From Polyangiaceae bacterium (GTDB taxonomy: Bacteria > Myxococcota_A > Polyangia > Polyangiales > Polyangiaceae), in contig JBNKBE010000006.1 of NCBI GenBank assembly GCA_050287085.1, positions 10,281 to 74,280 on the forward strand: a DNA stretch of 64,000 bases, in the 5' to 3' direction. Under the pieces are notes generated by a model. It was not told where the DNA came from and ran no database searches. It saw nothing but the letters and a program-made list of their open reading frames with translations. The translations under genes and the position numbers were made by a program. Shown in pieces: positions 9,125 to 18,580 of the stretch; within the stretch, counting starts at the first letter, position 1; the number at the start of each line of letters is the position of its first letter.

Positions 9125-9877
9125 ATGACAGACCGACGCCCCTTGATTGCCGGAAACTGGAAAATGAACTGCGGAGCTCCGGCCGACCTCGCACTGGCTC
9201 GCGCCGTCGCCTCAGGCGCAAGCGCCACCAGCGCGGAGCTCGTCGTGGCTCCGCCCTTCACCTTGCTGGCCCAGGCCGCTTCCGAGCTGAGCGGTGGTCC
9301 CGTCGCGCTAGCAGCCCAGAACGTCCACCAGGAAGCTAGCGGTGCCTACACCGGTGAAGTATCCGCCTCCATGCTGAAAGCCGCGGGCGTCCAATGGGTG
9401 ATCATCGGACACAGCGAGCGCCGGCAATATTTCGGCGAAACAGACGACTTGGTGCTGGCCAAGACCCGTGCCGTATTTGCGGCAGAGCTCAAGCCCATGG
9501 TCTGCATCGGAGAAACCCTCGAAGAGCGGGAAAGCGGCAGAACGCTCGAGGTTGTCTTCAAGCAGCTCGACGCCGTGGCGGGCGCCCTCGCCGAGCACGA
9601 GGGCGTCGGAGTCATCGCCTACGAGCCCGTCTGGGCCATCGGCACGGGCAAGGTCGCCACCCCGGAGCAAGCGGACGAGGTCCATGCGGCCATTCGCGAG
9701 CGCCTTGCACTGACGAGCGGCTCGCTGGCCAACAACACGCGTATCCTCTACGGCGGCAGCGTGAAGCCAGGAAACGCTGTAGAATTAATGAGTTGCACCA
9801 ACATCGACGGAGCGCTAGTCGGGGGTGCGTCGCTCAACGCTGAGGACTTTCTGGCAATCGCTACCGCGGCGAAGTAA
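9125..9877 (+). CDS. tpiA: Triosephosphate isomerase
   Basis: AGNWKMN, IIGHSERR, AYEPVWAIGTG, LYGGSVK, LVGGASL. Alternative ATG at 9101. Confidence 0.98.
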   Translation: MTDRRPLIAGNWKMNCGAPADLALARAVASGASATSAELVVAPPFTLLAQAASELSGGPVALAAQNVHQEASGAYTGEVSASMLKAAGVQWVIIGHSERRQYFGETDDLVLAKTRAVFAAELKPMVCIGETLEERESGRTLEVVFKQLDAVAGALAEHEGVGVIAYEPVWAIGTGKVATPEQADEVHAAIRERLALTSGSLANNTRILYGGSVKPGNAVELMSCTNIDGALVGGASLNAEDFLAIATAAK

Positions 9878-9961
9878 AGGCGGACCCCTAGCGGGAGACC
9901 GCAGCGCCGCGTATCCGGCTCCCCGGGTCGGGTGCGGGCTCACTCATCATCAGGTTGTTCC

Positions 9962-10807
9962 ATGCTCGAAGTATTTGAGACTCCAATCACCGTATTGCAC
10001 GTCCTGGTATGCCTTTTTCTCGTACTCATCGTGCTCATCCAGCCCGGCAAGAGCGGTGGGTTGGGTGCCGCTCTCGGCGGAGCGGGTGCGCAGCAAGTGT
10101 TCGGGGGGCGAGGCGCCGGTAACTTCCTGTCGCGAGCCACGTGGATCTGCGCAGGGACCTTCTTCTTGACGAGCATGGTCCTCGCCTACGTGTCCTCGTC
10201 GACCGGAGATAGCTTAGCTGAACGCACAGCGGCGGCGATCGGCCCCCTCGACGAGCCAGAAAGCGCCACCAAAACTGCGGACGAGCAGGTGAACGAGCAG
10301 GGCGCTGGCGAAAAGCAGGGCGCTGGCGAAAAGCAGGCCCCTGCGGACGAGCCAGGCGCCGCCACCCCCACAACCGGCGAAGGCGACGAGGCAAGTCCCG
10401 AGGCCGCTGCGAACTCTCCGGCGGGAGAAGCCGCCGGGAGCGAAGCCACCACCCCGGCACCGACCGCAAGCGCCTCCGCCGACGCAGCGCCCGCAACGGC
10501 GATCCCTGTGAAGCCGGCGCCGCCCGTGGCTCAGCCTATCAAGCTACCGACGCCCAACGCGCAGGCGACGCCCAACACAACGCTACAGCCCAAGGCGACG
10601 CCGGCAGCCCCCAAGTCGCCCTCTCCCCAGACGGCACCGCCAGCACCCGTTAGCGCCGCCCCCAAGACGCCCGCGCCCTCAGCACCGGCAGCCCCCATGC
10701 CCGCTGCGCCCCGCGCGCCCTCGGCCCCAGCTCCGGCCGCGCCCAGCGCTCAGGTCCCGTCGTCGGGAGCCACCCCCGCTGCGCCCGCTCCGGCGCCGGC
10801 GCCGTGA
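9962..10807 (+). CDS. secG: Preprotein translocase subunit SecG with long acidic then Pro/Ala/Thr-rich C-terminal tail
   Basis: HVLVCLFLVLIVLIQPGKSGGLG...FGGRGAGNFLSRAT, two TM helices, conserved position after tpiA. Confidence 0.9.
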   Translation: MLEVFETPITVLHVLVCLFLVLIVLIQPGKSGGLGAALGGAGAQQVFGGRGAGNFLSRATWICAGTFFLTSMVLAYVSSSTGDSLAERTAAAIGPLDEPESATKTADEQVNEQGAGEKQGAGEKQAPADEPGAATPTTGEGDEASPEAAANSPAGEAAGSEATTPAPTASASADAAPATAIPVKPAPPVAQPIKLPTPNAQATPNTTLQPKATPAAPKSPSPQTAPPAPVSAAPKTPAPSAPAAPMPAAPRAPSAPAPAAPSAQVPSSGATPAAPAPAPAP

Positions 10808-10934
10808 GCCAGCGGTGGGCCAAGCAGGCCCTCAGCGCTCTGCCAACGAAGCGGCGCACACGCCGGCTGCGTGACGCCGTGCTAGCGTGAGATCCCTCCC
10901 TCAGGGCAAAAAGCCCGATGGTATCGGAAGCGCT

Positions 10935-12512
10935 ATGGTCGAGCAGAAGCCGGTCGCCCCGGACCAGCGCCGCGCCGAACTGAGCGCGGCCACCTTCGCG
11001 CTGCTCAGTGTTGTGCTGATCGTGGCAGCCCACGGACTGGCCGTGGGCTGGGTGCGTTCGCAGGGTTTTTCCGCCATCAGCGATGACGACTATGCACGCG
11101 TCGTCATCGCCCAGCGCTTTGCACTGGCCCCCAAGTGCGACCCTTCCGGCACAAGCTGGCTGCCCTTCCCCTTTTGGCTCCTCGGCGCCGGACTCTCCGT
11201 ATTCGGGCTAGATCTAGACACCGCCCGGGGACTGAGCTTTGCCTTCAGCGCGGCCGGTCACGTGTTATTAGTGCCCGCCGGGCGTTGGCTTGGGCTTTCT
11301 CGGGGGTTCAGCTTGAGCCTTGCGCTGCTGCTGGCGCTGCTACCCGACGCCGTCTACGCGGGGGCCGCCACCGTGCCGGAAGGGTTCGTGCCCGCCCTCG
11401 CACTGGCAGCCGTCGCAGCGCTGAGCGCCACAGGGTGTTCGGGGGCTCGCGTCTGGCGCGGGTTCGGCGCCGTGATGCTCACGGCGGCCGCGTTGAGTCG
11501 CTACGAAATCTGGCCTCTGGTTGCGCTGAGCGCGCTGCGAGTCACAACGACGCGCGCTCTTGCGCGCCGCGAACGCGTTGCACTGGTGTCCACCCTCCTC
11601 TCCGGACCGCTCGCCTGGATGCTTGCCGGTCACTTTCAACACGGCAACTGGCTGTTCTTCGTCAAGCGGGTTGCAGCATACCGGCAGGCTCTGGGGGAAG
11701 GTCACGTAACGCTCGGCCACGCCCTCAGTGACTACCCACGGGCGCTGCTACACTTCGAACCCGGGCTGCTGCTGGGGGTCGCCGGCTTGCTCCTGAGCGC
11801 AAGGCAAGCGCCGTGGAAGGCCTCCGAGCGGTGGCTGCTCGCTCATGTCGCAACCCTGATGGCGTTCCTCATCTACGGGGATCTCCGGGACGGTGCCCCC
11901 ACACATCATCCCGAACGCGCACTTCTCTTCGCGTGGTACGGCCTGGCGGCAGCGGCCGCCCTGCGCCTCGAATACCTAGGCCCCGCTCAGCGTCGCCGGA
12001 AGCTCTGGATGATTGCCACAACGCTGCTGGCCAGTCCCTTTCTTGCAGCCGCGATCACGCCGGAACGTCACTACGCCGAGCGCAGCGTCGAGGAGGCCTT
12101 GGGCCGCGACGCCGCCCGGCTCACCCAGGGGCGAGGGGTGATCGACCACCCCGACTACGGCTACTTCGCCCTCCAGGCCGCCCTCGCCCGCCCCGGCTCG
12201 AGTCAACCGCTCGACCGGCACGATCCCCGCGCGCCGACGCCGGATCCCTTCGCTGACCTGCAGGCGCTCTCGCAGGAGCTGACGCGGCAGCGAGCATCTT
12301 GGTGGGTGCTGCGCGACGACCATCGCCATCGCTTGGCGGCTGCCCCGCTGGGGCAAGTGCTGCTGGGGCCTGTGCTGGCTCAGCACGGCGCCTTCGCGCT
12401 ACTGGCTTTGGGTTCGAATCGTTCAGGTCCTGCCCCAAGCGACCCGGTAGCACCGGCAGCGGGCCCCACCACCAGCCCTTCGACCGCCGCAAGCACCGGA
12501 ATCTCGCCTTGA
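10935..12512 (+). CDS. Polytopic membrane protein, probable GT-C (ArnT/PMT-like) glycosyltransferase
   Basis: Acidic SDDDYAR motif after TM1, WLPFPFW, SRYE, about 11 hydrophobic segments and a C-terminal soluble domain. Confidence 0.55.
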   Translation: MVEQKPVAPDQRRAELSAATFALLSVVLIVAAHGLAVGWVRSQGFSAISDDDYARVVIAQRFALAPKCDPSGTSWLPFPFWLLGAGLSVFGLDLDTARGLSFAFSAAGHVLLVPAGRWLGLSRGFSLSLALLLALLPDAVYAGAATVPEGFVPALALAAVAALSATGCSGARVWRGFGAVMLTAAALSRYEIWPLVALSALRVTTTRALARRERVALVSTLLSGPLAWMLAGHFQHGNWLFFVKRVAAYRQALGEGHVTLGHALSDYPRALLHFEPGLLLGVAGLLLSARQAPWKASERWLLAHVATLMAFLIYGDLRDGAPTHHPERALLFAWYGLAAAAALRLEYLGPAQRRRKLWMIATTLLASPFLAAAITPERHYAERSVEEALGRDAARLTQGRGVIDHPDYGYFALQAALARPGSSQPLDRHDPRAPTPDPFADLQALSQELTRQRASWWVLRDDHRHRLAAAPLGQVLLGPVLAQHGAFALLALGSNRSGPAPSDPVAPAAGPTTSPSTAASTGISP

Positions 12513-12540
12513 ACTCGGCCGTTGCGCTAGGCTGGAAAAG

Positions 12541-12840
12541 GTGCTCAAGCTGGTACGCAGAGCCTGTGAGCTCGTGATCTTGTCGATGGCCATGTACGCC
12601 TTCGTCTCGGTGCCGCTGGGCAGCAAGACGGGGCTCGAACACGCTCGCGCCATCCTGGGTACCCCGGAGGCAAAACACGCCGGCGAAGAGCTCCAGCAAG
12701 CTGGCCTGCGCGTGGTAAGCGAACTGCTGGCGTTTGGAACGCCTCCCTATCGGGGCGAACCCCAACTGCCAGAGCTCCCGAGCGGGCCGCGTCCTGGACG
12801 TGAGCACCCGGAGAGCCCCTCATCGAAGCTCCCGCGCTGA
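12541..12840 (+). CDS. Small hypothetical membrane-anchored protein
   Basis: GTG start, N-terminal hydrophobic segment (YAFVSVPLG), fills the gap before ychF. Confidence 0.6.
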   Translation: MLKLVRRACELVILSMAMYAFVSVPLGSKTGLEHARAILGTPEAKHAGEELQQAGLRVVSELLAFGTPPYRGEPQLPELPSGPRPGREHPESPSSKLPR

Positions 12841-12908
12841 TCCCGCGTCGTGCCCGCTTCGGCCCAGGGCGCCACCTTGGGCGCGCCCAATAGCCCTCGC
12901 GGGGTCGT

Positions 12909-14012
12909 TCAGACGTTGAAGCGGAAGTGCACCACGTCGCCGTCTTTGACCACGTAGTCCTTGCCTTCGATCCGGAGCTTACCGGCCTCTTTGCACTTGG
13001 CCTCGCTGCCGAGACGCACGACGTCTTCCCACCAAATGACCTCGGCCTTGATGAATCCGCGCTCAAAATCCGAGTGGATGACGCCCGCGGCCTGGGGCGC
13101 GGTCGCCCCCTTGCGAATGGTCCACGCCCGGACCTCCTTTTCGCCTGCCGTGAGATAGGTCTCCAGACCGAGCAACGAATAGCCCGTGCGAATCACGCGA
13201 TTGAGTCCAGGCTCGCTCAGACCAGCGCTGGCCAAGAACTCGCCGCGATCCTCCGGATCCAGCTCGGCGATCTGCGACTCGAGCTGGGCACAGATCGGCA
13301 CCACATCCGCGCCTTCGCCCGCCGCCATGGCCACCAATGCACGGTAGTGAGGGTTCGCGTCCAGATCGGTAAGCGAGCCCTCGTCAACGTTGGCAATGTA
13401 GAACGTTGGCTTGTGGGTGAGCAGCTGCATGTCGCGTGCGATCTTGTCCTCGAGCTCCCCCGAAAACTCGAACGCGCGCACCGGGGCGAGGCGGTCCAGG
13501 TGCTCTAGCAGCCGCTCGCATAGCCCGACGGCGGCCTTTTCTGTTGGGTCGCCACCTTTGCTCTGCTTCCGAGCCCGCTCGAGCCGTTTGGTAACGGAAT
13601 CGAAGTCCTTGAGGCAAAGCTCTGTGTTGATGGTCTCCACGTCCGAAACCGGATTCACCCGACCCTCAACGTGCGTGACGTTGTCGTCCTCAAAGCAGCG
13701 CACCACGTGGGCGATGGCGTCCACCTCGCGGATATTCGCCAAGAACTGATTGCCCAACCCCTCGCCTTTGGACGCGCCACGCACCAACCCCGCAATGTCG
13801 ACAAAGCGGATGCTGGTCGGCAACAGGGCTTGGGGCTTGTACACCGTGGCCAGGGCATCGAGCCGCGGATCCGGTACCGGCACGATCCCGACATTCGGCT
13901 CTACGGTGCAGAACGGAAAGTTCTGCGCCTCCGCCTTGGCAGAGGAAAGGGAGTTAAAAAGCGTGCTCTTGCCCACGTTGGGCAGGCCGACGATGCCGCA
14001 GGAGAAACCCAT
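12909..14012 (-). CDS. ychF: Redox-regulated ATPase YchF
   Basis: [57 protein letters not shown]. Confidence 0.98.
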   Translation of the reverse strand: MGFSCGIVGLPNVGKSTLFNSLSSAKAEAQNFPFCTVEPNVGIVPVPDPRLDALATVYKPQALLPTSIRFVDIAGLVRGASKGEGLGNQFLANIREVDAIAHVVRCFEDDNVTHVEGRVNPVSDVETINTELCLKDFDSVTKRLERARKQSKGGDPTEKAAVGLCERLLEHLDRLAPVRAFEFSGELEDKIARDMQLLTHKPTFYIANVDEGSLTDLDANPHYRALVAMAAGEGADVVPICAQLESQIAELDPEDRGEFLASAGLSEPGLNRVIRTGYSLLGLETYLTAGEKEVRAWTIRKGATAPQAAGVIHSDFERGFIKAEVIWWEDVVRLGSEAKCKEAGKLRIEGKDYVVKDGDVVHFRFNV

Positions 14013-14024
14013 AAGAGCGGCCCT

Positions 14025-14741
14025 TTAGCGCACTCCGCCAACGCCGTCGACCAACCCCGAAAAAAAGTTGGGCAACACCACCCCGCCTTCGCCCTCCACC
14101 ACCTCGTCGCGCAACGCGATCGGGTCGAGACCTTCGCCGGCCAAGGTCTGGGCCCGGGCTTCGATATAGGCACGGGTGATCTCAGCGTCGAACTCCGGAT
14201 GGAACTGGACGCCCCAGGCGCGCGCCCCGAATCGGACCAGCGCGTGGGGCTCGAGCTCCGTGCGGCCAAGACAGACAGCGCCGGGCGGCAGCGCGAGGAT
14301 CGAATCCAGGTGGCTCGCATTGACAACTCTACGCCCTGCCGGGAGCAGCTCTGATGCCTGCAGGACCTCGAGCTGCGCCGAACCGATCTCACGCCCTGCC
14401 GGATTTCGTCCCACCACCCCTCCCAAAGCGGCTCCCAACATCTGATGACCAAAACACACGCCCAGAGTCGGCACCTCCGCAGCAACCGCCGCACGCAAGA
14501 ACTCGAGCCCCCGGAGCATCCAGGGCTCCGCGTCGGCCAGATAGGCAGCGGAGCCGCTGATCACGATCGCCGACAATTCGCTCGGCGAAGGCAAGACAGG
14601 ACCGTCCCTCAGATCGAGCACACGCGCTTCCCCCGGCGCCCAAGCTCTGGGCGCCATCAACAACGCGGCGAACCCCCCACGAAGGCGCGCTACTTCAGGG
14701 ACTGGATCACCGGTGATGAGAAATAAGACAGGCCGAGCCAC
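14025..14741 (-). CDS. Class I glutamine amidotransferase-like protein
   Basis: ISGSA, LGVCFGHQ (catalytic Cys), GVQFHPE (His-Glu). Confidence 0.9.
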   Translation of the reverse strand: MARPVLFLITGDPVPEVARLRGGFAALLMAPRAWAPGEARVLDLRDGPVLPSPSELSAIVISGSAAYLADAEPWMLRGLEFLRAAVAAEVPTLGVCFGHQMLGAALGGVVGRNPAGREIGSAQLEVLQASELLPAGRRVVNASHLDSILALPPGAVCLGRTELEPHALVRFGARAWGVQFHPEFDAEITRAYIEARAQTLAGEGLDPIALRDEVVEGEGGVVLPNFFSGLVDGVGGVR

Positions 14742-14937
14742 GGTGAAAAGTGTGTAGCTCGACCTTCCCGAGAGCTTTGCAAAAGCTCAAAAAACGGCCA
14801 CCCGGACTCGGGTGTATTTCGCAACACTCGGGCAGCGCGCAGAGTCCATCGCGAACGTGGGACGGTTGGGGCTTCCCGTCCCGAGGGTCTAGCTGTAAAC
14901 CCCGGACGTCCCTCACCTGCAGGGCGCGAGAGTTTCA

Positions 14938-15636
14938 ATGAATCTAGTTGAGTGGTTGCAAAGGTTGATGACCAACTTCGGAGCGGAGTGGGTCATGTGG
15001 TTGATGTTGGGTCTGAGCGTGATCAGCGTAGCTATCATGCTGGAGCGAGCCTGGTTCTATTGGTCCCTGCGCGACGACATCGCCCGGTTGGCGAGCGATC
15101 TGCGCGCGCAGCTGAAGACAGGTGACTTCGAAGCGGCCACACGCAGGCTCAACGAATCCCCGTCCGCGGAGGCCGCTGTCGTCAGTGCCGGACTGGCGGA
15201 AGTCGACAACGGCGCCAAAGCCGCCGAAGAGGCGATGCAGGGAGCCACTGCGCTGCAGCGCCTGAAGCTCGAGAAGCGACTCGCGTACTTGGGTACCCTG
15301 GGCAACAACGCACCCTTCATCGGCTTGTTTGGAACGGTGATCGGTGTGGTTCAAGCCTTCGAGAAATTGGGGGAGCAAAGTGCCGTCAAGGTCGCGGAAG
15401 CGTCGGTCGCCGCGCCCCAAGAGGTCATGGCCGCCATCGCCGAAGCGCTGGTCGCAACGGCGGTCGGCATCGCGGTCGCGATCCCCGCGGTAGCCATGTT
15501 CAATATCTTCAACCGGCAGACGCGCTCCATCCTGGCCAACACCGAGGCCCTGAGCCGGGTGCTGCTGGCTCACCTCGTGGCAGAGCCGCACGAGGCCACC
15601 AGCACCAAAGCCAAGAAGAAAGATCAGGAGAAGTAG
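14938..15636 (+). CDS. exbB: MotA/TolQ/ExbB proton channel protein
   Basis: LGTLGNNAPFIGLFGTVIG, IAEALVATAVGIAVAIPA. Confidence 0.92.
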   Translation: MNLVEWLQRLMTNFGAEWVMWLMLGLSVISVAIMLERAWFYWSLRDDIARLASDLRAQLKTGDFEAATRRLNESPSAEAAVVSAGLAEVDNGAKAAEEAMQGATALQRLKLEKRLAYLGTLGNNAPFIGLFGTVIGVVQAFEKLGEQSAVKVAEASVAAPQEVMAAIAEALVATAVGIAVAIPAVAMFNIFNRQTRSILANTEALSRVLLAHLVAEPHEATSTKAKKKDQEK

Positions 15637-16125
15637 ATGGCCGGGGGCGCGCAGTCCGACGACGACGGCATGATCAGTGCCATCAACGTGACGCCGCTCG
15701 TCGACATCACGTTGGTGCTTCTCATCGTGTTCATGGTGACCGCTCGGATCATCGTCTCCCAAGGGATGCCGATGGATCTGCCCAAGGCGGCATCTAAGAC
15801 CGAAGAACTCCAGATGGTCTTCAGCGTGGAGCTAACGGAAAGCGGAAAGACTTTTGTCGATAGCAAAGCGCTCGCCAGCGACGAAGAGGTTCTCGTCCTG
15901 GCGCAGAACGCGCGAGCGCAGAACGAAGATCTACGCGCCGTGATTCGAGCCGATCAAGCGGTGTCCCACGGGCGGGTGATCCACGTGTTGGATCTTCTGA
16001 AGCAGGCGAAAGTCAGCAAGATCGCCTTTGCTGTCAGTCCTACCGCCCCTGGAGCAGAAGACGGCGAAAACAAGACGCCCGGGCAGGCGCCTCCCGCGGC
16101 TGCCGCCGCAACCAACACCCCGTAA
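15637..16125 (+). CDS. exbD: ExbD/TolR biopolymer transporter
   Basis: INVTPLVDITLVLLIVFMVT (conserved Asp), IRADQAVSHG. Confidence 0.93.
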   Translation: MAGGAQSDDDGMISAINVTPLVDITLVLLIVFMVTARIIVSQGMPMDLPKAASKTEELQMVFSVELTESGKTFVDSKALASDEEVLVLAQNARAQNEDLRAVIRADQAVSHGRVIHVLDLLKQAKVSKIAFAVSPTAPGAEDGENKTPGQAPPAAAAATNTP

Positions 16126-16161
16126 CCGCCGGCTCGCCGTGCTCCACTCTCGTTTGAAAGC

Positions 16162-17088
16162 ATGACGACAGACCACAAGCTTGCAGAAGCAACGCCGTGG
16201 GCCCGCGTCCTCGAGCTCGGCACCAGCTCCGGGCAACCGTCGAGTTTCGCGGCGGTTGTGATGGCCGCGCTCGTTCACGCCGCGCTCGCAGGCCAAGGGG
16301 CATTGATGTCAGATCGTGCTGAGCTCCGGCACTTCGCCGCCCAAGTGCGCGCTGAAACCTACGCAAGTTTGCAGGGAACGCTGGATATCGAGGTCGACGA
16401 ACCCAAGCCTGAACCTGAACCTGAACCTGAACCCGAGCCGGAGCCCGAACCCGAACCCGAACCCGAGCCCCAACGTCAGCCGACTCCCCCCCCGCCCGCA
16501 GCGCCAGAGCCCAAAGCGGAGCCAGCGGCTCCCACACCGCCCGCAGCCAATGAGCCTCCGCCGCCCGCAGCGGAAGCTGGCAAAGTCTTGACCGCCGAGC
16601 CCGACCCGAATGAACCCCTCGATCTCACCGGGGACAATACCTTCGTCACCGGCACCGGGGATCGCTACGTCGGCGGCATCACGGCCGCCGCCGGCACCGG
16701 CAAGAAAGCTGTCTACGATCGCAATGCGAGCCCGAAGGGCGTGGAAGGCGGCCGTGGCACAACCCCCGCTCCCGCGAAGAGCGTATCGATCGTAGGGCCC
16801 GATTTGTCGCGTCAAGTGATCATCCCAACAGCCATACTTCAGCGTTGTCAGGCGAGTCCGGAGGCGCGAGCCGCTGGAGTCAGCAACATCACGGTCGGAT
16901 TGCTGGTGAAAGTGGATGCCGGCGGTACCGCCACCGATGTCCAGATCACGTCCGATCCCGGCTACGGTATGGGTCCGCGCTTCCGGCGCTGCGCACTCCG
17001 CGCCCCTTGGGGTCCGGCGCTGAACCGGGCTGGCAAGGCCATCGCATCCACCCGGCGTTTCAATATGCGCTACGTAGTCAGTGACTGA
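16162..17088 (+). CDS. TonB-like energy transducer
   Basis: N-terminal TM with His (ALVHA), (EP)n spacer, Pro-rich linker, TonB C-terminal-like domain (VKVDAGG, DPGYGMG, WGPALN). Confidence 0.8.
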   Translation: MTTDHKLAEATPWARVLELGTSSGQPSSFAAVVMAALVHAALAGQGALMSDRAELRHFAAQVRAETYASLQGTLDIEVDEPKPEPEPEPEPEPEPEPEPEPEPQRQPTPPPPAAPEPKAEPAAPTPPAANEPPPPAAEAGKVLTAEPDPNEPLDLTGDNTFVTGTGDRYVGGITAAAGTGKKAVYDRNASPKGVEGGRGTTPAPAKSVSIVGPDLSRQVIIPTAILQRCQASPEARAAGVSNITVGLLVKVDAGGTATDVQITSDPGYGMGPRFRRCALRAPWGPALNRAGKAIASTRRFNMRYVVSD

Positions 17089-17181
17089 ATACCGGTTGCC
17101 AACATGGAGCAGTCCCGTCTAGGTCGGCTCCGAGCAGATGTTGCACCGGCCCAGGGCAATCCACTACAGTGAAGTCACCCT

Positions 17182-17649
17182 ATGGCGTCGCCCCACCTCG
17201 AGCAACTCGCTCAAGTCGAAGTCTTTCGCGGGCTGCGCGAGGAGGCATTGCGACGCATCCTCGACGTCGCGCGCCAGGAGAATCACGAGGCAGGTGAGCG
17301 CCTCTTTCGTCAGGGAGACGCCGGCGATCGACTGTACATCATCCTGAGCGGCAAGGTGCGCATCAGCCGTCAGCACGCCGCCGTCGGGGAAGAAACTCTG
17401 GCCGTGTTAGGGCCCGGGCAAACCTTTGGCGAGATGGCGTTGCTCGACGAAGCCGAGCGCTCTGCCGACGCGTACGCTCACGAGGACTGTGCGTTGCTGG
17501 CGCTCGCCAAAGACGCCTTTGACGACCTGCTCTTCGCCAACAAGGAACTCGCCTACGAAGTGCTCTGGGGCTTTGTCCAGTCACTGGTCGGCCGACTGAG
17601 GGAGACCAACGACAAGCTGACCTTCCTTTCGATCAGCGGTCGATTCTGA
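17182..17649 (+). CDS. Stand-alone cyclic nucleotide-binding domain protein
   Basis: LFRQGDAGDRLYIILSGKV, FGEMALLD, ERSADA. No HTH domain. Confidence 0.9.
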   Translation: MASPHLEQLAQVEVFRGLREEALRRILDVARQENHEAGERLFRQGDAGDRLYIILSGKVRISRQHAAVGEETLAVLGPGQTFGEMALLDEAERSADAYAHEDCALLALAKDAFDDLLFANKELAYEVLWGFVQSLVGRLRETNDKLTFLSISGRF

Positions 17650-17778
17650 TCCATAGGGCTTGCCGTTATGGTGGCAAAGCACGCTGAACGCTTGTCGAGC
17701 GGCACCCTCCGCCGCTCGCTCACAAGCGCTCCGTCACGAGCCCCGAGCTCGAGTCCGCGGGATATCTGGCTGAGAAGT

Positions 17779-17807
17779 TTGCATTCCAAACACCCGTTCA
17801 GTACACT
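17779..17807 (+). promoter_or_regulatory. lexA promoter with a LexA (SOS) box in the spacer
   Basis: TTGCAT-17 nt-TACACT-8 nt-ATG. CCAAACACCCGTTCAGT (17786-17802) matches 15/17 positions of the Myxococcus xanthus LexA consensus CTRHAMRYBYGTTCAGS (consensus recalled, not searched). Confidence 0.75.
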
Positions 17808-17815
17808 TGCGCACC

Positions 17816-18460
17816 ATGCAGGGCCTCACCAAGCGTCAAGCGCAGACACTGGAGTACATCCGCCAATCGATTGAAGAGCGTGGTTATCCACCCACCCTCC
17901 GTGAAATCGGCGAGTACATGGGGATCCGCTCGACCAACGGGGTCAACGATCATCTCCGCGCCCTAGAGCGCAAAGGGTACCTGCGCCGCGAAGACATGAA
18001 GAGTCGTGCCTTGCGGCTGGTGCATGCGGCCCCGGAAGCCGAAGCGGCTCCGGTCGCTGACGACGGTCAAACGCGGGACATTCCGATTCTCGGTCGCGTG
18101 GCGGCTGGGCTACCGCTGCTGGCCGAAGAGCACATCCTCGACACGGTGCGCGTCGATCAGTCGATGGTGCGCGGCAATCACAATGTATTTGGATTGCGAG
18201 TCCAGGGTGACTCGATGATCGAGGCGGGGATCCTGAGCGGCGACTACATCTTCGTGCGACAGCAGTCGACCGCTGAACGGGGCCAAATCGTCGTGGCTTT
18301 GATCGGTGAGGAAGCCACCGTGAAGTATTACTATCCGGAAAAGGACTATATCCGGTTCCAACCTGCAAACGCGGCCATGGCTCCGATCTTAGTGCGCGCG
18401 ATGGACTTCAAGCCCACGATGCTGCTCGGCGTGATGGTCGGCTTGTATCGAGCCTACTGA
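17816..18460 (+). CDS. lexA: SOS repressor LexA
   Basis: [17 protein letters not shown] cleavage site, GDSM catalytic Ser, ATVK catalytic Lys. Confidence 0.97.
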   Translation: MQGLTKRQAQTLEYIRQSIEERGYPPTLREIGEYMGIRSTNGVNDHLRALERKGYLRREDMKSRALRLVHAAPEAEAAPVADDGQTRDIPILGRVAAGLPLLAEEHILDTVRVDQSMVRGNHNVFGLRVQGDSMIEAGILSGDYIFVRQQSTAERGQIVVALIGEEATVKYYYPEKDYIRFQPANAAMAPILVRAMDFKPTMLLGVMVGLYRAY

Positions 18461-18524
18461 GCCTCAACAGCTTGTAGGGCCTCAACAGCTTGTAGGGCCT
18501 CAACAGCTTGTAGGGCCTCAACAG
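18461..18524. repeat. Perfect 18-bp tandem repeat x3.5 immediately after the lexA stop
   Basis: GCCTCAACAGCTTGTAGG x3 plus GCCTCAACAG. Confidence 0.92.
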
Positions 18525-18580
18525 GGGCGAGCTCCTTGGCTGGGGCTTGTGTCAGCGCTAGGGCGAAGATATCAGCACGC

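Noticed and set aside
10808..10934. tRNA-Leu often found after secG
   Set aside because: No tRNA motifs in this interval
18461..18524. Possible mini CRISPR array
   Set aside because: Repeats are contiguous with no spacers, and there are no cas genes
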